64,000 bases of DNA from Deltaproteobacteria bacterium HGW-Deltaproteobacteria-6. Lineage in GTDB: Bacteria > Desulfobacterota > Syntrophia > Syntrophales > Smithellaceae. A model generated the notes under the pieces. It searched no databases. It saw nothing but the letters and a program-made list of their open reading frames with translations, and had not been told where the DNA came from. A program made the position numbers and the translations under genes. Of this stretch, positions 37,476 to 45,206 are shown piece by piece (positions within the stretch are counted from its first letter, which is position 1; each line of letters begins with the position of its first letter). Where the stretch lies: NCBI GenBank assembly GCA_002840435.1, contig PHAT01000001.1, positions 592,979 to 656,978 on the forward strand. The letters are read 5' to 3'.

Positions 37476-37975
37476 ATAATGCTCAAAAGACAATAGGCAT
37501 AATCGTCAGTATTGTTTTTCTCATCATGCTGCTGTACCCTCCTTTTATTGTCATCAGCGAACCGCATGGACAGCCGGGGGTTGCCTATGACTTCCTCTTC
37601 GGTAACCCTGACCATCGCAACATCAATACTTTCCTGTTGCTGACACAAATGTTCGGGATATTGATTATTGGAGCAATATCCTTCTTTATAGCGAATAGAG
37701 TGGGAGACAGAAATAATTTAACGGGAGGCCTGTGGGAACAAACGGGTGAAAACGGCCATCCCTTCTTCAGCGGCCCGCTTAGCTCTTTCAGTAAGATTTA
37801 TATCGTGCCGAATATCTACAAAGATGAAAAGAGTGACCCGGACTATTTCTTTTATCTGGGGGGTAACGAAAAAAAAGCGATGCCGAAGCCGAATACCGGA
37901 CAACAACTTGTCGGTAAAAATAATCTTTCTGATGAAGCCTATCGGCATTGTAAACCGGCAAGCATGGAGGAGTGA
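37472..37975 (+). CDS. two-TM membrane protein of unknown function
   Basis: 167 aa with an ATGA overlap with the RHH gene. TM segments IGIIVSIVFLIMLLYPPFIVI and LLLTQMFGILIIGAISFFIA. The soluble C-terminal domain is unrecognised. Confidence 0.65.
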   Translation: MNNAQKTIGIIVSIVFLIMLLYPPFIVISEPHGQPGVAYDFLFGNPDHRNINTFLLLTQMFGILIIGAISFFIANRVGDRNNLTGGLWEQTGENGHPFFSGPLSSFSKIYIVPNIYKDEKSDPDYFFYLGGNEKKAMPKPNTGQQLVGKNNLSDEAYRHCKPASMEE

Positions 37976-38059
37976 ATTCTTGCAGCTGCAAGCCATGCTC
38001 ATGATTTCGCAGCATAGGGCATGAGATATTCTGACGGCATAATCACTGACTGGAGGTAA

Positions 38060-39004
38060 TTGAAAATCGCTATTTCATATTTTAGCAAAAATTGTACGGC
38101 GCGTCGATCTGTTCTGAAATCGGGAATCCTTCTTTATACAGCCACGCTGTTGATCCTTTGTTTCGCAGGATTATCAGATGCGTCTGTATCCCCGGCTGCT
38201 CATAGAAATTATGCAAAAATAAAAAACGTCCGTCCTCCCCGCAATCTCGTTCTCCGTTCCGCCTCGGCCTTGGTGGAGGATCAGAGAACAGGGGAATGTC
38301 TGGTTCAGAAACAGGCGGACGTCATCCTGCCTATTGCGTCCATCACGAAACTCATGACCGCCATGGTTGTGTTGGATGCCAAAATGAACCTTAAAGAATC
38401 GATCACTATCGCATCCGAAGATGTGGATACCCTGCGTCACAGTCGTTCCCGTCTGCCTGTTCATAGCAGTCTCACCCGTGGAAATGCCCTGCTATTGGCT
38501 TTGATGGCTTCAGAAAACAGGGCCGCTCATGCTCTGGGACGGACATATCCCGGCGGTCTCGCCGCTTTTGTTGCAGCCATGAATACCAAGGCTCGTGTCC
38601 TGGGGCTTACCGATACACATTTTGATGATCCAACCGGTATTTCCAATGGCAATACTTCTTCCGCCCGCGATCTGGCCAGGATGGTGGATGCAGCATACCA
38701 GTACAGTCTGATTCGGAAATTCACGACCAGTGAAGAAATCTCGATCCGTTTGGGCCATCGCAAATTGAAATTTCACAATACCAATGTCCTGCTCCGGAAT
38801 CCCCGGTGGCAGATTGGCCTCTCCAAGACGGGTTTTATCGATGAATCGGGCCGATGCCTTGTCATGCAGTTTAAAGTGGCTAAACGTCCCGTCTTGATTG
38901 TACTGCTCGATGCTCCGGGTAAATCGGCACGTTATGATGATGCCAGACGCATTAAACAGTGGATGGAAGGTTCACAACAGGTGCGAAAAAAACATAGAGC
39001 CTGA
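38060..39004 (+). CDS. pbpG: D-alanyl-D-alanine endopeptidase/carboxypeptidase (S11, PBP7-like)
   Basis: SITK (SxxK), SEN (SxN) and KTG motifs at the expected spacing. Signal anchor present. TTG start according to the track. Confidence 0.88.
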   Translation: MKIAISYFSKNCTARRSVLKSGILLYTATLLILCFAGLSDASVSPAAHRNYAKIKNVRPPRNLVLRSASALVEDQRTGECLVQKQADVILPIASITKLMTAMVVLDAKMNLKESITIASEDVDTLRHSRSRLPVHSSLTRGNALLLALMASENRAAHALGRTYPGGLAAFVAAMNTKARVLGLTDTHFDDPTGISNGNTSSARDLARMVDAAYQYSLIRKFTTSEEISIRLGHRKLKFHNTNVLLRNPRWQIGLSKTGFIDESGRCLVMQFKVAKRPVLIVLLDAPGKSARYDDARRIKQWMEGSQQVRKKHRA

Positions 39005-39056
39005 TCAGTATCAGGTCGAAACAATTTTTCAGGAGTGGAGTTATTTTCTGTCTTTT

Positions 39057-40238
39057 TTACGAGCGTAAAGCCTTGATGGGATCCAGCCTTGCCGCAGTGC
39101 GGGCCGGATAGAAACCGCAGAATACACCGACCAGCGTTGATACGCCGAAACCCAGAACGATCGAAGAGTAGGACATCACAAACTGCCACTTGGACAGGAA
39201 GGCGAATAGAAAAGCGATGCCGATTCCCAGAATGATCCCGATAATCCCCCCCACCAGGCAGAGAATAACCGATTCGATAAGAAACTGGCTTTGGATGTCG
39301 CCCTGCTGCGCTCCCAGGGCGCGTCTCAGACCAATTTCGCTTTTGCGTTCGGTGACTGAGATGAGCATGACGTTCATCACGCCAATACCGCCGACAATCA
39401 ATGCAATGCTGCCGATCGCGCCTAAAAGAAGAGAAAACATCTGCATTTGTTTTTTCATTCTCTCGATCAGTTCCTCCGCCGATGTAATTTCCACCTGCGT
39501 GCCTCTTGCTTTTTTCTGAAAATAGTCCTGAATATCGGTCTTGATCTGTCCCGCGGGAATATTGGGCTCTGTTCTGGCCATAATGGTATTGATATCTGAG
39601 TTCTGGAACGACCGGACGGCCGTGGACAGGGGAACCAGCATGCCCCGGTTGATTCCGTAAGGACGAAGCCCCCCTTCCGCCGACTGTTTGAGGATTCCGA
39701 TAACGGTATAGGCCCGGTCGTTGGACATGATCCGGCCGCCCAGAATCTGCGACATGCCGTTTTGCCTCAGAAAATCGGCCAGTTCGGAACCGATGACGCA
39801 GCAATAACGGTTCTGATCGAGCTCCAAAATGATTCTTCCCTCGCGGATCTGAAGTTTGTTGATTGAAAAAAAAGAACGGGTAACGCCCATCTGCTCCAGG
39901 TTGGTTTTGGCCCGCCCGCGATAATATTCAGTTCCGCTGATCACATAGGGCGCAACTTCGATGATATGCTTTTTTTCCAAAGGCAGTTTCATCAGGATCT
40001 CTATGTTGAACTCCGAAGGCGAGCCGCCTTCGCTGAAGCCTTTTCTGATGGTGATAATGTCAACACCCATATCCTTGAATTGCCGGATGGACTCCTGCTG
40101 GACAATCGTGCCGATGGATACCATGGCAATGACCGATCCAATTCCAATGACAATGCCAATCAAAGCAAGAAGGCTTCGCTGCTTGGAACTCCACAGGCTC
40201 CTGAACGCTTCGTAAAAATTAATTTTTAATAGATTCAT
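39057..40238 (-). CDS. MacB/FtsX-type ABC permease
   Basis: The start at 40238 (MNLLKINFYEAF) makes an ATGA overlap with the upstream ATPase stop. FtsX C-terminal domain (RKSEIGLRRALGA). Confidence 0.9.
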   Translation of the reverse strand: MNLLKINFYEAFRSLWSSKQRSLLALIGIVIGIGSVIAMVSIGTIVQQESIRQFKDMGVDIITIRKGFSEGGSPSEFNIEILMKLPLEKKHIIEVAPYVISGTEYYRGRAKTNLEQMGVTRSFFSINKLQIREGRIILELDQNRYCCVIGSELADFLRQNGMSQILGGRIMSNDRAYTVIGILKQSAEGGLRPYGINRGMLVPLSTAVRSFQNSDINTIMARTEPNIPAGQIKTDIQDYFQKKARGTQVEITSAEELIERMKKQMQMFSLLLGAIGSIALIVGGIGVMNVMLISVTERKSEIGLRRALGAQQGDIQSQFLIESVILCLVGGIIGIILGIGIAFLFAFLSKWQFVMSYSSIVLGFGVSTLVGVFCGFYPARTAARLDPIKALRS

Positions 40239-40915
40239 GTTGAGTAAATCATCCCGTCGATAATTTTTACGGACCGTCCGCATTGCGAAGCAAGCTCCGG
40301 GTTATGGGTAATAATGACGATGGTAATGCCTTCGTCGCGGTTGAGCCGCTGGAAGAGTTCCATAATCTCCTCGCCTGTTTTTACATCGAGGGCGCCCGTC
40401 GGTTCATCGGCCAGAATGATCGACGGCGATCCCACCAGGGCGCGTGCAATGGCTACGCGTTGCTGCTGCCCGCCGGACATTTCACTGGGGCGATGGCCGG
40501 CCCGTTGCTGGATGTCCACCTTGGTCAGGAATTCCATGCTCTTTTGCCTGATCTCATTCATGCTGATACCGCGATAGGTCAGAGGAACCCCCACATTTTC
40601 CAGGGCTGTCAGCTTGGGCAGAAGGTGATATTGCTGAAAAACAAACCCGATCTTCCGGTTTCTCAGGGTTGATAAAACCCGGTCGTCGTCATAAACAACC
40701 TTTGCTCCTTCTACATGGTAAGTTCCGGAATCAGGTTTTTCCAAAAGTCCCAGCATGTGCATCAGAGTGGATTTGCCGCTTCCCGACGGTCCGATAATGG
40801 CCAAAAGTTCTCCCCGCTCCACGGAAAGATTAATCCCCTTGAGGACATTCACTTCCGTTGGACCAATGCGATAGGATTTGCGTATATCCACAATATCCAG
40901 CATCAGGGAGTTCAT
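40235..40915 (-). CDS. MacB/LolD-type ABC ATP-binding protein
   Basis: [38 protein letters not shown]. Confidence 0.92.
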   Translation of the reverse strand: MNSLMLDIVDIRKSYRIGPTEVNVLKGINLSVERGELLAIIGPSGSGKSTLMHMLGLLEKPDSGTYHVEGAKVVYDDDRVLSTLRNRKIGFVFQQYHLLPKLTALENVGVPLTYRGISMNEIRQKSMEFLTKVDIQQRAGHRPSEMSGGQQQRVAIARALVGSPSIILADEPTGALDVKTGEEIMELFQRLNRDEGITIVIITHNPELASQCGRSVKIIDGMIYST

Positions 40916-42675
40916 TGATAGGTTACCTCATCACCGGCTGCAAGTCCGCTTGTGATCTCGACGGCATCCATGGAGGTAATCCCTGTCTCCACCTTCACTT
41001 TTTTCCCCTTATTTGTCGCTTTATCCCGGATGGTAACGAAACGGTTCGGTCCCTCTACGATTACGGCCGGAATCGGAATCATCAGAGCATTTGGCTTGTT
41101 AACCATCATGATTTCCATATTGGCCGACATGCCCAGACGAAGTTTCTCTTTCAGGACTGCAGGTAGGCTTTCCATGGTGACGGACACCTCGAAATTGGCT
41201 GTTTTTTTCCCATCATTGCTTTTAACAGCCTGGGATGAGATATGGGCAACCCGTCCCTTGATTGAGTCGCCAAAAGCGTCAACCGTAATCCGGACATCCT
41301 GGCCTACTTTTATTTTCAACACTTCCAGTTCATCCACGCCTGCTGTCATGGACAGACCTTCCGTATTGCCTATGGAAAGCAGAATGTCGCCCTGCGAGAA
41401 TGTTACACCCAACTCGACGGTTTTCCCTTTCTGCTGTTTATCACCGGCCAGATCGGGAAGCAGAATAGTCCCGGAAACCGGCGCAATAATATCGGAATGA
41501 CGAAGTTGGATTTCGAGATCCTGCAATTTTTGACGGGTATTCTGCAGTTTGAGATCAGCAATGTGCCTGTTTTGACCTTCCCCCTTTTGGCGGACAACCT
41601 CCATATCCCGGAGCGATGCTTCATAATCCATTTTTGCGGTTGTAAACTGCTGTTTGGCGCTGGCATATTCCGTAGCCGGAACAATGTCTTTTTTGAACAG
41701 GCGTTCCGTTTCCTGAAGGGTTTTCTGATAGCCGTCCAGACTCAACTTCGAACGTGTAACACTCTGCTGGGCCTTGGACATTTCGTTGCTGTTCTTCCAG
41801 TTATCCAACTCTTTGACTTTTTCCGCCGCTTCGATATAAGCCGTTTTTGCATCCCGGTACTTCACCGCTGTTTCGTTCTTGTCCAATCTGAGCAAAATTT
41901 GCCCTTTCGTAACCGCCTGCCCGTATTCGAATAATTTTTCCTTCACCATACCGCTGGCGGGACTGGTGATGTTGACAACCTGAATCGGTTTGAGGACGCC
42001 CTTCAGCGTAATGCTGTCCGTGAGGGGGCCGGGAACAACCGTATAAATCTTTGCTGTCTCACCTTTCCCGCCTTCGCCTGTCATCTTACCGGACGAAAGG
42101 TGGGTTTGTTTCCATGTAAACAATCCAATAGACAAAAATAGAACAATGACAAATCCCGTAGCCGCCACACGGATGATCTGCACTTTGCGCAGAGCTGACT
42201 TGAGGGTTTCGTTGGTTTCCTCCATTTCCAGATAGGACTTCTGGAGTTCATTATGCTTTTCCTTCAGTTCCCGGGTAAGACGCTCTTCCGATTCCTGGAG
42301 CCTTTCAACTTCTGTTTTATCTGTGAAGACGACCACTACGGCGACATTTTTCTTTACGCCGTTTTCTTTTTGAGAAAGAAAGGAGGTGGTCACTTCCAGA
42401 CTGAGAACCTGCCCCCCTTTATGCCATGGAACAATTTTATTGTGAATCGTGTCGGCGTCATAGACAGCATTGAGAATCGTCTGATTAAACGGGTCGTTTT
42501 CCTCACTTCCCAGAAAGACTTCGCCAAATGGTTTCTCGATTACGTCCTGATGATTCAGGCCGAGAATGTCTTCCGCAGCCTGATTAAAGGTCAGGATTTT
42601 GCCGTCAAGTCCGATCGTCATGACGCCGTCGCCCATGCTTTCGAGGATATTGCGGAATATGATGTCAGTTGCCAT
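40912..42675 (-). CDS. membrane-fusion (HlyD/MacA-type) adaptor with an N-terminal cytoplasmic PAS domain
   Basis: aa 1-125 are PAS-like (NILESMGDGVMTIGLDGKILTFNQAAEDILG...). A coiled coil follows, then the TM VAATGFVIVLFLSIGLF at about aa 165-187, then typical adaptor lipoyl/hairpin/barrel segments. Confidence 0.85.
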   Translation of the reverse strand: MATDIIFRNILESMGDGVMTIGLDGKILTFNQAAEDILGLNHQDVIEKPFGEVFLGSEENDPFNQTILNAVYDADTIHNKIVPWHKGGQVLSLEVTTSFLSQKENGVKKNVAVVVVFTDKTEVERLQESEERLTRELKEKHNELQKSYLEMEETNETLKSALRKVQIIRVAATGFVIVLFLSIGLFTWKQTHLSSGKMTGEGGKGETAKIYTVVPGPLTDSITLKGVLKPIQVVNITSPASGMVKEKLFEYGQAVTKGQILLRLDKNETAVKYRDAKTAYIEAAEKVKELDNWKNSNEMSKAQQSVTRSKLSLDGYQKTLQETERLFKKDIVPATEYASAKQQFTTAKMDYEASLRDMEVVRQKGEGQNRHIADLKLQNTRQKLQDLEIQLRHSDIIAPVSGTILLPDLAGDKQQKGKTVELGVTFSQGDILLSIGNTEGLSMTAGVDELEVLKIKVGQDVRITVDAFGDSIKGRVAHISSQAVKSNDGKKTANFEVSVTMESLPAVLKEKLRLGMSANMEIMMVNKPNALMIPIPAVIVEGPNRFVTIRDKATNKGKKVKVETGITSMDAVEITSGLAAGDEVTYQ

Positions 42676-42684
42676 TTTTTGCTC

Positions 42685-44346
42685 TCACGGTTTGGAGGAT
42701 TGTGTTTCTTTATTGACCGGGGTCTGCCGGATCTTATCATCTTCTCTGCGAACGTCAATTTTCCATGTGGACAGGGTCGTCCCAAGCGTTTCATCAAGGT
42801 TGGTCAGTGAATTCAGATAGGCGGTTCTGGCCGTTAATTCACTGTTCTGGGCATTCTGTAGGTCTCTTTGAAAACTGACAAATTGAAAGTTTGTCGTCCG
42901 GCCCGCGTTGAGTTTCTCTTTTTCAATTTGCAATTTCTTTTCAGCCAGTTCACGCGCCAGTGTCGCGCTTTTTAGCTGACGGTAGCTGGAATCAACATTG
43001 CGCAGAGCGTTCTGTACTTCGATTTCGATATCGAGTTTCTTTTTTTCAAAGGCCATGTTGGCCTTTTCCAAATCTTTCTTTATCGTCAGATAATTTTTTA
43101 TATCCGCTGTCATGTAATAAACGATGGGAATTGTCAAATCCAGACCGACATACCAGTCTCTTTCATTCGCACTGCTAAACGCCCGCCTGATTGACGAATC
43201 TTGGGAATCAAAGGTTGTCGCGGAGGCCCCGTCACTTGTGGAGGCTTTGAAATCCAGTTGCCAGAGCATATTACGCCTGGCCGTTGCCAGTTTTAACTTC
43301 AGTGATTCAATGCTCTTTGTGTCCTGTTGATAGTCTGTGCGGAACTGAAAGGCCAGCGCGAGCGCCTCCTCCAGAACAGGAGGGGATACCAATTCCTGGT
43401 TTTCATCAACCGCTTCAAACGTGGTATTTTTGTTAATGTACAGAGCCTGGATTAAAACCAGGCGGGCGTTATCCAGGCTGTTTTTTGCGTTGATCAGGGA
43501 TGTTTCCTGCGAGGCGATATCGGCCTGAGCCTGAACGATTTCCGTACCCGCCATCCGACCGGCTTCAATCATATCCTTATTGTATTCATACAGAGCCTTC
43601 GCCCGGACCAGACTCATTTCAGCAATGATCAGAGATCGTTCCGCGTCTTTGTAAGCACGGAAAGCCGTAATGGCCGTTCTGATCGTTTGCGAAATGGTGT
43701 TTCTCAAAGATAAGATATTGTTTTCTTCCGTGATCCGCGCAATTCTGACGTTTAAAGCGGCGTTATCCAGACCGCCTCCTTTAAGGAGCGGTTGTGTAAG
43801 CATGGCAGTCCAATCGGAACGATAATTGTTTATACCCTGGTCCATGTCGGAACGTTCGCCATGGTTGTTCCAGACAAAATCGATCTTGCCGCCGGTAGGA
43901 ATGGCCAGTGTAGCCGTGAAATTACCGTCACCGGTCAAATAATCCCTTCGGACTGAGTTGATCATGCCGGGCGACGTAAAACTTGATCCTCGTCTGACGG
44001 AAAGAGCCAGGGAGGGGTCGGAGGGCAGATAGTATTTTCTTTCCGCTTCCTGCAGGTCGACCCGCTGGAGATAGCGGTCAAGATACGCGCTGCGCAGAGT
44101 AACGTTATTGGTCAGGGCAACAAACACGGCATCCGCCAATGTCATTTTCCGGACATCATTTCTCTGATTATAGGCCGGATTTTGACAAAATCCGGGTCGT
44201 ACGGAGATAAGTAAAGACAAGGCGATCAGTAAAATTATGCTCAAAAAACGGATGCGTGGTTTCTCGGAGATGATGGTGAAAGATGATCCCCTCAATCTAC
44301 GATAACAGGAGGATTGTGAAAGTAATGCGCAGAGAATCATCTCCAT
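42685..44346 (-). CDS. TolC-family outer-membrane efflux protein
   Basis: 553 aa with two TolC repeats. First gene of the minus-strand efflux operon. Confidence 0.88.
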   Translation of the reverse strand: MEMILCALLSQSSCYRRLRGSSFTIISEKPRIRFLSIILLIALSLLISVRPGFCQNPAYNQRNDVRKMTLADAVFVALTNNVTLRSAYLDRYLQRVDLQEAERKYYLPSDPSLALSVRRGSSFTSPGMINSVRRDYLTGDGNFTATLAIPTGGKIDFVWNNHGERSDMDQGINNYRSDWTAMLTQPLLKGGGLDNAALNVRIARITEENNILSLRNTISQTIRTAITAFRAYKDAERSLIIAEMSLVRAKALYEYNKDMIEAGRMAGTEIVQAQADIASQETSLINAKNSLDNARLVLIQALYINKNTTFEAVDENQELVSPPVLEEALALAFQFRTDYQQDTKSIESLKLKLATARRNMLWQLDFKASTSDGASATTFDSQDSSIRRAFSSANERDWYVGLDLTIPIVYYMTADIKNYLTIKKDLEKANMAFEKKKLDIEIEVQNALRNVDSSYRQLKSATLARELAEKKLQIEKEKLNAGRTTNFQFVSFQRDLQNAQNSELTARTAYLNSLTNLDETLGTTLSTWKIDVRREDDKIRQTPVNKETQSSKP

Positions 44347-44750
44347 CTCTTTTTTACGGGTTATTTATTGTGTGCTCATTCAACATCAATATTCGCGCGA
44401 TACTATGCCAGAGTAGGGTCAATTGTCAATGATGTATTCAACGGCACAGTTCTTCTTTACTTATTTATTTGCTGCTAAGCATGCCGGAAATGGACGGGTT
44501 GACCGCCCTTCTATCGGTCGGATGCTCCCGATATTCCCCTCAAACAGATTAATACAGACAATCGCGAAAATCAGCAACATATCGTAATTTAATGTTTTTT
44601 AAATATGCTTCCCGATATGCTTCTTTCGCACCTGATCTTCTCCCCGCATCATTTTTTTCCCATTACAAGATTATTATGGTATATTCATGTGCGGTTGATG
44701 CATGCTGTTTGTGCTTCTGAACCATATTTTTGTACCTTAACTTATGGCCT

Positions 44751-45194
44751 ATGAAACCTGAAGATAAAAACATGGAATACCTTACCCTTCAGAAAGAAAA
44801 CCTGCATTTGAAGCAAAGCATCGCCGCCCTGCGCGATCAAATGGAAAAAATGGAGATTGCCCGGGAAGAGGCCGTACAGAATACCCTGCATTCCGTACAG
44901 GGCGAAATCACCCAGCTTCGGACAACCATTGCCGCAATGCGTGAAGAACTGGAAAAAACCTGTTACGAAAAAGACTGTCTCTTTCAGCAGGAAACTGCAA
45001 CCGCAAATGATAGAAGCAAACAGCTGCATGATACAATCGTAGCCCTGCGCGCCGAACTGGAGCACCGGGAAGGAAAGTATCAGGAAGACCTTCAGGCAAT
45101 TACCAGAAATTATCGTGACGAAGTTATTCAGTTGCATCAGACGATCAACGCATTGAGAGAGAATCTGGAACAAAAGAAAAACAAGAATCCGTAA
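44751..45194 (+). CDS. coiled-coil protein with four ~35-aa repeats
   Basis: HLKQSIAALRDQMEK, QLRTTIAAMREELEK, QLHDTIVALRAELEH and QLHQTINALRENLEQ. It ends 12 nt before the cyclase gene. The start is uncertain (44730 TTG, 44751 or 44772 ATG). Confidence 0.65.
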   Translation: MKPEDKNMEYLTLQKENLHLKQSIAALRDQMEKMEIAREEAVQNTLHSVQGEITQLRTTIAAMREELEKTCYEKDCLFQQETATANDRSKQLHDTIVALRAELEHREGKYQEDLQAITRNYRDEVIQLHQTINALRENLEQKKNKNP

Positions 45195-45206
45195 GGGCCG
45201 CACAAA

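Noticed and set aside
38932-39804. 290-aa ORF on the minus strand
   Set aside because: It is out of frame with, and almost entirely inside, the well-supported FtsX permease gene (39057..40238). Its R/G/P/H-rich, low-complexity translation is typical of an off-frame read.
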